From the human T2T-CHM13v2.0 reference genome, Homo sapiens: 64,000 nucleotides of DNA. Position 1 is the first letter of the stretch, and the number at the start of each line of letters is the position of its first letter. A program made the position numbers and the translations under genes. The DNA is taken from positions 43,264,001 to 43,328,000 of the forward strand of contig CP068257.2 of assembly GCA_009914755.4 (NCBI GenBank). Direction: 5' to 3'. Positions 1 to 13,436 of the stretch are shown here, piece by piece. The notes beneath the pieces are model-generated. The model was not told the origin of the DNA, ran no database searches, and was given only the letters and a program-made list of their open reading frames with translations.

Positions 1-2
1 GG

Positions 3-257
<255 letters not shown>

Positions 258-984
258 TCACATCTCACACAGGGTGTCTGGGGGCGTGTGGCCCCGAGCG
301 GGCTGTGCACTGGCACCCTCTCCTCCAGCCCCCAAATCCTCCTGACCTCCCCTCTCCCCGCCTGGCAGGAGAGCTGAGGACCAGACACAGGACATCCAGG
401 CAGGCTGGAGTTTCAGAGGAAGGACATGACTCCCGGACGCAGGCATGTGCCTCGCAGTGACACTGAAACCCGCCTGGGGTGCTTAGAGTTGACGCCAGCG
501 ACATTGGGGACGCCTTTCATTGAGAGTGGCAGCGGCTCACCTGGGCTCACACCTAACCCGGCCCCATGCCTGCAGTCCCACGGGCGCCCTCATCAGCAGC
601 CACATAGACAGGCATCACACGAACCTGGCACTTCCCAGCAAGGCCCACGCGGGCCGTCCCCAGGAGGCCCCTTTCTCCATCCCAGCCCTGGACTTCCGCT
701 CGCCCGCGTCTCAGTCACACGTGCGGTTGTGTAGCTGTCTGTTTACCTGTCACCGCAACCAGCCTGTGTCCCTGGCTCCCAGAACCGTGCCTGGTACAAG
801 TCAGCTCTCCATAAACACACATCATGTTAATGAATGAGCAGGGAGGGAGGGTGACGAAGCCTGTCCCCTCTGCCCCACCCTCCAGCCTTCAGCCCCCCTG
901 GGCGGCAGGACAAGTGCAGAGCCCACTCCACCCCCAACCTGCCTGCTGCCACACCCTGGGAGAAAGGGTATGTGCCCCTCCTCA

Positions 985-1580
985 CAGACACACACACACG
1001 CACTCCTACACATAAATACACCACATGCACACACAGTCACACATGGCATACACACCCACATATATGCACACACACAATACTCACACACAAATATAACTCA
1101 TGCACACACAGTCACACGTAGCACACACGCACCCACATATACACGCACATGGCACCCACACACAGCAAACACACCACAAATATGCACACACACCACAAAC
1201 ACCAACCACCACACATGCACGCATACACACACACCTCACACTCATACACAACACCAGACACAAAGCACACATACTATATGTACTTGTTCATATACACAAA
1301 CACACCACATGCACGCACACACACTCGCACACACATACACACACCAAACACACACACATGCACTCACGCACATACACCACACACATGCACTCACATACAC
1401 ATGCATGCCACACACATATACACATGCCACACACATGCATTCACACCCATACACACACGTGCCACACATATACACACACCCCACACAATGCTAAACACAT
1501 ACATACCACACACACCATGCATACACACACACCACACACACATGCGCTCACACACACACACACTCACCCACATTCACACC
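985..1580. repeat. Degenerate CA/TG-rich low-complexity block (cacacatgcaca-type) in ITGB2 intron 4.
   Basis: Direct reading. It produces the artefactual His/Thr- or Cys/Val-rich ORFs in the track. Confidence 0.9.
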
Positions 1581-2812
1581 CGGCACTCCTGGCCCTGGCC
1601 CTCGCCCTGCTGTGCCTTGCAGCCCTCAGAGGCTTCACTTGGCCTCTGGGCCAAGGACCCCAATCACTTTCTATGAAGGGCCAGACAGTAAATGTGTTTG
1701 GCTTTGGGGGCCGTGCGGCGTCTGCAGCGACATGGAGGAGGCAGCCAAGACCATGTCCCCACGAGCAATGTGGCCATGCTGCAGTCAAAGGGCACAGACA
1801 TAGGCCTTTGGTGGCTGACCAAGGGGCCCCGTCCCTTCCCTTCCAGAGTAGAGGCTCAGCGAAGGGCCAGCAGGCTGCGGGGGTAGGGCCAGGACCCCGC
1901 GAGAGGACAGTCCCTTCCCAGATCCTGCCGCCCTGCTCTGGGAGCCTGTGGCCCTGGGGTGCTGTTAAGATCTCTCCCTGGTGCTCACCCGAGTTTGCCT
2001 ACCCTCACCTGCATCCACCCGAGCTCACCTGTGCCCTCCCAGAGGCCACAGCATTTGCCCCCTGCACAGTGGGGATGCATGCCAGGCCGTGGGCAGCCAC
2101 TCCCCCACCCTTCCCCACGGCACAAGGATGCCCCCACTCAGGCGCACCCCCACCCTCCAGGACGATCCTTCCTGACACCTCCAGCACCACAGAGCTGCAC
2201 AAACTCTGGCCACAGGCAACACCTCTGTCAGCCTCAGTTTCCTCACTGTGAAGTGGGGCGTGGGGAAAATACATCAGAGCTGCCTCCAGGGGCCACAGGG
2301 CCAGGCCCTCGAGTTTGAGGTCAGAGGTGGAGGTTCCAGCACGAAGGGGCTTGTGCCTGCTCACGGGGCAGCGAGGGGCAGGCCTGACCCTACCACCAGG
2401 GTGGGGTTTTGTCCCCTGCTGCCCCCAGGGACACCTGGGCCCTGCTCCTGCAGGACCTCCCCAATGGCTCGGCCCCATCCCTCACTGTCTCCCAGCTGCC
2501 TCCCTCCCGGCTGCTGCTGGCTGTCACCTGGCCGCCTGCACCCTGGGCCACTCTGCCCCAAGGCTAACTCAGTGGCCGCTGACCTGGGCTTCCCCTGAGG
2601 GCAGAGCTCTGAGCCCCAGCCTGTCCGACACCAGCTGGTTCCTCTAAAGTCACCCTGGCCCCGTCTGCACCCTCTCCCTGGGAGATGGCTTCCCCTTCCT
2701 TCCCTGGCCTCACTGTGGCCTGGGAGGTCACAGGTCGGTGGCCACACCAGGCCTCCTTCTCCCATCTGCTGCACCACCACACCTGCCTTCCTGGAGCAAG
2801 GAGGGAGCTTCG

Positions 2813-2894
2813 TTTCTTCCCTCCCTTCCCCTTCCCTCCCTTCCCTCCCTTCCCTCCCTCCCTTCCCTCCCCTTCTCTTCCCTTCCTTTCTTTT
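2813..2894. repeat. Polypyrimidine (TCCC/CCCTT)n simple repeat.
   Basis: ccttcccttccctccc... reads directly as a simple repeat. Confidence 0.9.
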
Positions 2895-3099
2895 CATTTT
2901 GAGACAGAATCTCGCCCTGTCGCCCAGGCTAAAGTGCAGTGGCACAATCTTGGCTCACTGCAACCTCTGCCTCCCAGGTTCAAGTGATTCTCCTGCCGCA
3001 GCAGGAGAATGTTGGCCAGGCTGGTCTCGAACCCCCGACCTCAAGTGATCCACCCGCCTCGGCCTCCCAAAGTGCTGGGATTACAGGCGTGAGCCACCG
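2895..3099 (-). mobile_element. Alu in antisense orientation with an internal deletion of about 100 bp.
   Basis: ttttgagacagaatctcgccctgtcgcccaggct ... ggattacaggcgtgagccaccg. Confidence 0.85.
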
Positions 3100-3264
3100 A
3101 TAAGGAGGGCGTTTCTCAAAGCACTGACAGGGGACTGTGTTCTGAAACAGGTGCTCTGGTCAAGTCGAAACAGGTGCTCTGGTCAAGTCAGTTTGGGCAA
3201 CACTGGTTTAAACAGTTACTTAGGTCTCTTGGCTGCAAGACTGATCAGAGCCTTTACTCTTCTA

Positions 3265-3804
<540 letters not shown>

Positions 3805-4291
3805 TCAGGAGGGGGCCACACTGCGGGACCTGCAGGAGGCTGACTGGCCATGGAGGACTGAGGACCCACCCTGTCCCCTCCTCCTCTGCGCCTGGAATTT
3901 GGGACAGAAGTCCCTGTGGACAGAGACAGGGAGCTCCTTCAGCCTCCCAGACAGCCCCTCCCTGAAGGCTCCCAGCCACAGCAGACCCCTGGGGGGCAGG
4001 GTATCGCCTCCTCCTCTGCCTCTAGCGGCAGAAAGGACTCAGGACCTACTCTCCAGCCCGAGGCTGACCCAAGAGGAGAGGCCTCAGCGTCCTCTAGCAG
4101 CTGGCCCAGGGGCTTCAAGCCCTTCATCAGCAGAACCTTTGTCCAAGGGAGTTGCTGTGTCCCAAAGGAACGTGGCAGTCCCTAGGCCCCCAAGAAACCC
4201 AGAACATGGGCAGGGTTCTGGGCCAAGCCCCTCAAAGTTTAGAAGAACAAAAGCTGGAGGGGAGCCTGGGAGGCCTGGGCCCAGGGCGCTT

Positions 4292-4445
4292 TCCTCTCAG
4301 CCACTTTGTCCCTGCAAATCCCCTGGATTCTGATGAGGGCTGTGTTTGGTGGGTCCCGTCACTGGCCCCGAGCCTGCTGCCTCTACAGGGAAGGGTGCTG
4401 GTGATGCGGGGCCAGAAGCGCGTGTTTGTGCACTTGCTTTCGTAG
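4292..4445 (+). repeat. Copy 1 of a 155-bp low-copy repeat. Copy 2 is at 6508-6663, about 90% identical.
   Basis: ttcctctcagccactttgtccctgcaaatcccctggattctgatgagggctgtgtttggtgggtcccgtcactggcccc... appears at both sites. Confidence 0.8.
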
Positions 4446-5039
4446 AGGGAAGCTCAGGAGGATAAGCCCGGCCCCCAGAGGCTGGTGAGTCCCGCAGGCA
4501 GGGGGGCAGGTGGGAGGGGAGGGCGACAGTCCCCAGGGTGCCTCTTTGTAGGGCTCTGACTTTTGGAACCACAGAATTTTTTAAAGAAGTCCTCCAGAAA
4601 TAAAAGTACATCAGCAAGTATCCCAGCAAGAGAGAAAAGAAAGCCTAAATGTAATCCACACAGAAACAAACAAATCTCACTGAAAGGTGTTTATTTCAGA
4701 GGAGCTGAAAACCTCCAGAAAGGGGAGGGAAAAAACCCAGCCTGACCAAGGTAGTTTCCACCTGGGGCCTGGCCACCCTGCTCAGTCCGAGGACAGACGG
4801 GAGCCACCCGGCTTCTCCTCCGGGGACTGCTCGCCGCGGTGGCGTGGGCTGGAGGACCCAAAGCCGCTCCCCGTGGGACGCAAAATTGAGAAATGAGGAA
4901 GCTGCTGACGGTAAGGAATGAGACACCACTTCTCCTGCTGCCCTCCCCTTCTTCTCCACCCCCTCCCCTTCTCTAGTTTATAAGACAGGAGAAAAGAGAG
5001 AAAGCAAAAAGTTGGAAAGAAACAGAAGTAAGATAAATA

Positions 5040-5400
5040 GCCAGATGACCTTGGCGCCACCACCCGGCCCTGGTGGTTAAACTAATAATATTATTATTAT
5101 TATTATTATTAACCCCTGACCAAAACTACTGGTGTTATCTGTAAATTCCAGACATTGTATGAAAAAGCATTGCAAAACTTTCTGTTCTGTCAGCTGATGC
5201 ATGTAACCCCCAGTCAAGTTCCCCACACTTGCTCTATCTATCACAACCCTTTCATGTGGAGCCCTTAGAGTTGTAAGCCCTTAAAAGGGCTAGGAATTTC
5301 TTTTTCGGGGAGCTCGGCTCTTAAGACGCAAGTCTGCTGACACTCCTGGCCAAATAAAGCCCTTCCTTCTTTAACCGAGTGTCTGAGGAATTCTGTCTGC
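5040..5400 (+). mobile_element. Possible solitary retroviral LTR-like segment with an AATAAA signal at about 5353, in ITGB2 intron 3. The family is unassigned.
   Basis: tgtaagcccttaaaagggctaggaatttctttttcggggagctcggctcttaagacgcaagtctgctgacactcctggccaaataaagccc... resembles an LTR U3-R region. I cannot identify the family. Confidence 0.3.
5088..5110. repeat. (ATT)n microsatellite.
   Basis: aataatattattattattattattattaa. Confidence 0.9.
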
Positions 5401-6160
5401 GGCTTGTCCGGCTACAACGGTGCTGGAGCCCAGACTCTCAGGGAAAGGAACCCGAGCCGTCAGAAAACCATCTGATTCCAGGCTGGGGCAAGGGACATGG
5501 AGATGGGCCTGCAGCATCATGTTGCTCCAGAAAGCAAGAAAGTGCTCAGAACGGTAGAACGGGGATGCATGGACAGGACACGCAGCCAGACCTAGCGGAT
5601 TTGAGCATCTCGGGGAAGAAAGGACAGCCACAGATCATGCACTACTGAACAAAATAAAACTGTGGGTCACGCTGATGAGAGAGAGGCTGAAGAGAAGGAG
5701 AGACCCTTCCTTAGGTTGGCAGCCGTGAGTGGCAGGCGGGGACCAGCACGGCACCAATCTGCAGCCATCGCAGTGATGGCGGCTTCAGGCGGGGACCTCC
5801 GCGGATGCTGAGCCTGCGGGTGCGATTTGATGAGGGCAGAACCTCACCAGCCCACAGTGGCTGCGAGGGGATCATGCAGCGGGATGGGGAGGCCGGGGGG
5901 ATGCCGTCTCAGCAGAGCCGTCCACGCTGACCTCATCAAGACTGGGACGGGGCCACAGCAGTGCCTCTCATGGGCACTTAGGACACCGTCACTGAGGGGC
6001 TCCTGCCAAAGCACACCTGAGTCCAGGCAGAGGAAACTCCAGACAAGACCCCCGAGGGTCATGCTACAAAGCTGCTCTCCTGACCTCCTCAGAAACGCCC
6101 AAGGACAGGAAAGACAAAGAAAGCTGAGGACTTGTCCAGATTCAAGAAGCCCAAGGAGAC

Positions 6161-6330
6161 GGCTGAGCGTAGGGCGAGCCTGGGTGACGAGATTCAGAGC
6201 GTTAGACGGCTGAGCGCAGTGTGTGAACCTGGGTTAGGAGATTTGGGGCCTGAGATGGCTGAGTGCAGGGTGAGCCTGAGTGAGGAGATTCTGAGCCTGA
6301 GACAGCTGAGCACAGGGTGAGCCTGGGTGA
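6161..6330. repeat. Tandem repeat of about 48 bp, roughly 3.5 copies, of the ggctgagcgyagggygagcctgrgtgasgagatty type.
   Basis: Direct reading. Confidence 0.8.
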
Positions 6331-6507
6331 CAAAATCCACCAGGAAAATATGCTCACGAAGACATCATTGGGACAACCAATAAAATATGCGTAGTGTGTA
6401 GGTTTGATGATAATGAGATACCAATGCTGAATTTCCTGAATTTGATACATGAATTTATCAAATATAGATATACATGTATCAAAATACATTTACATCAAAG
6501 TACATTT

Positions 6508-6663
6508 CCTCTCGGCCACCTTGTCCCTGCAAAGCCCCTGGATTCTGATAAGGGCTGTGTTTGGTGGGTCCCGTCACTGGCCCCAAACCTGCTGACTCTG
6601 CAGGAAAGCGTGCTGGCGATGCGGGGCCAGAAGCGCGCGTGTTTCTGCACTTGCTTACGTAGT
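6508..6663 (+). repeat. Copy 2 of the 155-bp low-copy repeat (see 4292-4445).
   Basis: Alignment by eye of the two segments. Track ORFs 4152..4445 and 6394..6705 share ...PLDSD[EK]GCVWWVPSLAP...MRGQKR. Confidence 0.8.
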
Positions 6664-6971
6664 TTTGTAAGTGAAAACCTTGTTCTTAAGAAAGACCTCC
6701 CTTGAAGTACTAAGAGACAAAGGGCTCCATGTCTACAACCTACTCGGAAATGGCTGAGAAAAAATACAAGTGTGTGTTCTGTGTGTGTTTCCAAACAGAC
6801 CACACATCAGAACCTCAGGGGCCCCTTGAGGGGAGGGTGAGGCCAGGGTCTGGGGACCCCCTCAAAAAGAAAATGGAGTTGTTGGTCCTCTGGGTGCCAC
6901 TGGCTTCAGGGGCAGGAAAGGGCCCTCACCCAGGAGCTGGGCAGGTGGGGAGGGGTCCAGGAGGCACTTAC

Positions 6972-7060
6972 CAGCTTCTGGCACCAGGTGCAGCCGGGCC
7001 CCGACTCGATGCATTCCCGGCAGCTGCTGACCTTGAACTTCGTGCACTCCTGAGAGAGGA
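6972..7060 (-). CDS. ITGB2: ITGB2 coding exon: (V)[29 protein letters not shown], the end of the signal peptide plus the PSI-domain start.
   Basis: Track ORF 6906..7190(-) contains [29 protein letters not shown]. Acceptor cctcag at 7061-7063, donor CTG|gtaagt at 6971-6966. Phase-1 join with the ATG exon gives G+TC=Val. Confidence 0.92.
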
Positions 7061-7412
7061 CTGAGGGACGAGGCCGGCTGGTGAGTGGGTGCTCTGGGCC
7101 GCCCTGCCCACACCCAAGGGGGAGTAGAGCAGGAAGGTCAGAGGAGGCCCAAAAAGACAGGGAGGCAGCCTCCAGGAGGAGACCCCGCATTCGCCACCAC
7201 CCCCAGGTGCAAAGAGGGGCCCTCGGGAAACAGCACAGCTACAGCCTCCTGGCACGTGCGGAGACGAGGCCTGAGTCCCCGACCTACCCCCAGTGGCAAG
7301 GTCCTTCCCCAGCCTCCCGGGAACTTCTGTCTATGGGAAAGTGAGGGCAGGCCCTGTTCTCCCTGATTGGAATGTCACGCGTGGAGTCCCCTCCGTGGAA
7401 CACAGAACTCAC

Positions 7413-7470
7413 CGCACCCGAGGGAGAGCAGCCCCACCAGGGCGAGCAGTGGGGGGCGCAGGCCCAGCAT
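7413..7470 (-). CDS. ITGB2: ITGB2 first coding exon. ATG at 7470-7468 encodes MLGLRPPLLALVGLLSLGC(V). The exon extends 3 nt 5-prime to an acceptor at 7474-7476, so the full exon is 7413-7473.
   Basis: Reverse complement reads GAC ATG CTG GGC CTG CGC CCC CCA CTG CTC GCC CTG GTG GGG CTG CTC TCC CTC GGG TGC G|gtgagttc, which matches the CD18 signal peptide. Confidence 0.92.
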
Positions 7471-7734
7471 GTCCTGTGGAGGGAAGGGGTCTTGGTGACG
7501 GTCTCAGGCCCAACCCCTGGGGCTGACCACCCATGAAGCTCCCCTCCAGCTGGCCTGGGACAAGGAGCTGGGGCCCTGTCCCTGCTGCAGGGGGTGGGTT
7601 AGGGTCAGGCCAGCACAGCTGCACTGGGCCCAGCTGCCAACAGCCAGGGAGGGAGGGATCCCGGGCTCAGCAGTGCGGGCAGCACACCTGCTCAGCCAGG
7701 CACCCAGGACAGCTGCAGCGGGCCCCTGCAGAGG

Positions 7735-8070
7735 CACACAACACAGGCACACACACACATGCAGACGTGTACACACACCACACATGCACGTGTACGTGCA
7801 TACAGATGTGTGCCTGACTGCATGTACACACCACGTGCATGCACACACCACACATATACATGCATCACACCACACATATGTACACACAGAGATGTATACA
7901 CCCCTTACCCACACCATACTCCCCGCAAGACACTACACACCACACACAAATATACACATGCACACGTACACACACATACACACCACACAGACACACACAC
8001 CACACGCACACACCATACACACGTGCAAATGTACACGCACACAAACACCAGAACCCCACACACCCGGTGT
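7735..8070. repeat. Second degenerate CA/TG-rich block, in ITGB2 intron 1 just 5-prime of the ATG exon.
   Basis: Direct reading. Confidence 0.9.
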
Positions 8071-8170
8071 GTGCACTCTGCCCCAGTGTGCCCCAGGTCC
8101 TCCGTGAGCAGAGCCTGTGCTTGGAGGAGAGCTGGGCTTGGCCCTGTCTCTCTGTGGCAGAAACATAGCC

Positions 8171-8264
8171 AGGAAGAGAAAGCTGGCTGGATGCCCGCGG
8201 GTGCCAGGCTGTGTGCCAGGAAGAGAAAGCTGGCTTGATGCCCGCGGGTGCCAAGCTGTGTGCT
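8171..8264. repeat. 47-bp tandem duplication, two copies (aggaagagaaagctggctkgatgcccgcgggtgccargctgtgtgcy).
   Basis: Direct reading. Confidence 0.8.
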
Positions 8265-9470
8265 AGGCCTGCCCAGGAGCCCTGCAGTCCCTGCCAGGTG
8301 GGAAAAAAAGTCACCTGACTTGCCCAAGCCACCAGTTGCCGGGGTCCTGCCCTTTTGTTTCCAGATACACACCCACCCCGTCCTTAACCCACGCATCCAC
8401 AGCCAGGGGCGGCTCAGTGGTCACTCACAGGCCCTCGGCCCCAGAGGCAAAATGACGGAAGCAGGCCTCAGCCTGGTGCTGGAGGCCGGCAGCACCTCCT
8501 AGCGGGCAGCAGGGCCGTTCCACCCCTGGGTTCCCTTCCCTCCATCCGGGAGGTGCCCAAACCAGGCCTAGGTCGGCTCCTTGGGGGGTCTTAGGGCTTC
8601 CTAGGTGGGGTGGGCCCCTGGGTCTGACCTCCCAGGACCTGAGAACATTATAGCTGGCTGGGACCCTTTTATCTGGCACCAAGAAGGTGGAGAGGTACTG
8701 AGAAGGGGTACCCAGGAGCCTTCCTGTCATGGTGGGCAGGAAGACATTTCCGTTACCCTGGGGCTGTTGTCAGAAGCAAAGATCAACACACCTCCTCCAG
8801 CAAATGCCAGTTCCTGTCACGGCCTCCCAGGCTGCTGGGGCGTTCCTGCCCCACACCCTTCCCTCGGGTGGTGCTGGCAGGGCCACCCAAGGTTCAGTGG
8901 GCAGACCCAAGCCAGCAGAGCCCCAAACTAGGGCCTGCCGGCTTTGAAGACAGCGCTGGGTGCTGTGCTGTGGCCCGGGAGGCTCGGGTGCCCTCAGCCA
9001 CAGGCCCTGGCTCCCCTCCATCCCCCGAAAGCCCTGCACCTGTGCTGGGGGCTCTGAGGCCAACGGAACACCCACCAGGGGCCCATCTGAGGATCCCACA
9101 GCTTAGACGCCCCAACAAGCCCCAAGGTCCTGTTGTTTTGGCAGTGACCTCATTCCCTGGTTCCCAGCAAAATTATAATCAGAATACAAAAATGTCAAAA
9201 GGGAACCCTTGATCCTTCCCGTCCTGGGGTCAAAAACAGAACCTGCACCCTGCTGTAACTTCCTGGAGGAGGTGGTTTTGGTTCACATTGGGCCCACCCT
9301 GTGTCTGAAAGCCCCCATATCTCTGATCGTTGGGGGTTGTGGTTCAGGCCGAGGCCAGTTCCAGCTCTCCATCTGGGCCCCCTCAAAGTCCTGCGCCTGG
9401 ACTGACCTCGGTGCCACGAGTGCCCACCAGCCCCTCAGCTGATCGGAGGCCCTGTGCATGCTGGAGCTAC

Positions 9471-9720
9471 CCCAGGGTGCAGGGTCCAGCCAGCTTCAGG
9501 ACTCCCCCAGGGTGCAGGGTCCAGCCGGCTTCAGGACTCCCCCAGGGTGCAGGGTCCAGCCGGCTTCAGGACTCCCCCAGGGTGCAGGGTCCAGCCGGCT
9601 TCAGGACTCCCCCAGGGTGCAGGGTCCAGCCGGCTTCAGGACTCCCCCAGGGTGCAGGGTCCAGCCGGCTTCAGGACTCCCCCAGGGTGCAGGGTCCAGC
9701 CAGCTTCAGGACTCCCCCAG
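9471..9720. repeat. 35-bp GC-rich minisatellite of about 7 copies (cccagggtgcagggtccagccrgcttcaggactcc).
   Basis: Unit starts at 9471, 9506, 9541, 9576, 9611 and onward. It yields three overlapping repetitive ORFs in the track. Confidence 0.9.
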
Positions 9721-10597
9721 GTCGCAGCTGCGCCAAGTGGGGAGGGGGTGCAGACCTCCCCTGGCAGCCCCAGCCAGGCTGGTAAGGACTCACACCCCAG
9801 CTCCACGCTCTCCCTGGGGCCGCAGACATGAGGTCTCCGCCCCTAACACAGTCGTGACCAGTGGCATGCAAACACTTCATACCCTCAAATGGGGAAACTG
9901 AGGGCCCCAGCAGCAGCAAGATATGGACCTGGTGCCCAGTTACCCCGGGCACTCCCACCTGCCCACAGGGAGAGGGGGTGCACCTTGATTCCAGCAGGAT
10001 TGGCTCAGAGACCACGGCACCCCAACCTTGACCACAGGAAGGGGGCTGGTGGGGAGCCACCTTCTCCCCACTGTTGCTCCTCCATGAGCAGCCCTGGGGG
10101 GCTTGGAGCTGGGGGCACAAGAGAAGCCAGGCCCTGCCCCACCCCCCAATGCCAGTGGCTGAGCCCAGACAAACAGCTGGGGATGAAGGTCCGCTCCAGG
10201 AGGTAAGGCAGTGCACTGAGCCTGGCAGCCAGCCTCCCTTCTGTGGGAGAACAGGGCAGGGCAGCCCCTCTGCCCAGCAGCCAGGATGGCCCACGGAGGT
10301 CCAGGGCCTCACCTGAGGCCTGAGAGACCAAGACCCCATCAGGCCTATCTGCCTCAGTTTCCTCCATGTGCCTGGAGGTGGTCGAAGGGCCTGTGCCAGC
10401 TCCCTGGGGGATGGGAATGGGTAAGGCACAGATGGAGGGCAGCATTCGGGCAAACAGGTGCCTGGCCACTGTCACCTCTGGTGCCCTGAGGCTAAGCCGG
10501 CAGAGTTGCAGGGCAGGAGGGGAGGAAGAGCACAGACACCCCCCACCCCAGCCCCTGAGCTGGCCCCAGAGCTCTGGCCTGGAGCCTGATCACCCTG

Positions 10598-10699
10598 AGG
10601 CCCTCCCTGCTGCCCCACACTGGGGGCAGGTGCCCTCCTCATCCTCCAAGGCCCTCCCTGCTGCCCCACACCAGGGGCGGGTGCCCTCCTCATCCTCCA
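10598..10699. repeat. 51-bp tandem duplication, two copies.
   Basis: aggccctccctgctgccccacacyrggggcrggtgccctcctcatcctcca occurs twice in tandem. Confidence 0.8.
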
Positions 10700-11189
10700 G
10701 CTCTGGACTTCCCCCATCTAAGGGCGGGCGGGTCCCCTTACCAAGACCTAAGGTGCAAAACCCAAAGCTGAGGCTGCTTAGGAATCCACAGCCCCACAGG
10801 CCTCTCAGAACCTTGCATCAGAGTCGCCCTTGACCTCAACCCTGCCCGAGAAGGAAGTGCTGGTGCAACCCCAGCCCAGCTGCAGGAAGTGGTACCTGTC
10901 ACCAAGTCCCCTGCACAGGGGAAGCAGGGGGCTGAGGGGGCAGGACCAGGGGGACGAGGTCATCCTTCCCCGGAGAACCCCTCAGGGGCCGGGCGCCCTT
11001 CCCTCCCGGGCACCAAATGGACACAGCTAACAAGAACCACACTTCACGGTGAGCAAAGCTCTGAACATTCAGGCTCTGAGACACGAAAGCGGCGTCAGAA
11101 GAGATCTGCAGCAGATCCGGGCCAAATCACACACACCCTTTCACAGAAGTCGAGGACAGGAGAACAGGAGCAAACACAGGAAAGGAAGA

Positions 11190-11870
<681 letters not shown>

Positions 11871-12450
11871 TCTCAGGCTTCCTTTTTGCAACCCCGTAAA
11901 ACCCTAAGACGAGACCGCTTGAGGAACCAGAGGCCCCGCAGACCCATTGGAACTTTGCATCAGAGCTTCCTCCTGCCTGTGCTGAAACCCACCTTGCGCT
12001 GTCTTAGAGGAGAGGCACTCGCATCAAAGTGACTCGGAGGTGCGCGGGAAGTGATGGACGATGCCGCCAGGGGACAAGGTTGGAAGGAAGAGGACATGGG
12101 AGCCAACCCCTGCGCTGGGAACTGAAGGCTCAAGGGATGATTATAAACTAGGCATCCACCTTTTAAGCCAAAAGCCAGAGCATCAAGATGGACTCATTTC
12201 TGCTTTGTAGGAACGTGATAAAGAACTGGAGAGAAGTGCCGTCAGGTGGGGACTGGAACACTGTCCTTGGATCACAGAGGCTCCAGGAAATCCAGGGACA
12301 AAAACAGGTCAGATCAAATAGGAACAAGTCGGAGCAGAGAGGATGCAGGAAAACCCAGCCCATGTCGCCTCTGAACCTGCGACCCTGCAAAAGCGTATTT
12401 TCCCAAGGGTCAGGGAGACGTGTTCCTACTGTTGGTTTGACTATCTGTGA

Positions 12451-12769
<319 letters not shown>

Positions 12770-12914
12770 TGATAGCACAAATTTTAAAGGCCACAATTTG
12801 TGGCCAAATGAAATAAAATGAGACACCCCACCCCCCCGACACACACATATTAATAAGGAATGCTAAAGTACTCTGCTAAATACCTGAAGTCAAAGGGAAA
12901 TCAAATGATATTTA

Positions 12915-13436
<522 letters not shown>

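Noticed and set aside
1100-2251. 383-aa plus-strand ORF, and the overlapping 174/175-aa ORFs, rich in His, Thr, Cys and Val.
   Set aside because: They are translations of the degenerate CA/TG repeat block. The composition is purely repeat-driven, with no start context and no homology.
9330-9901. Three overlapping repetitive plus-strand ORFs of 125-151 aa.
   Set aside because: They are produced by the 35-bp minisatellite, whose unit length is not a multiple of 3.
9671-10453. 260-aa minus-strand ORF.
   Set aside because: It is a GC-rich intronic stretch with no known protein similarity and no splice support. Composition alone explains it.
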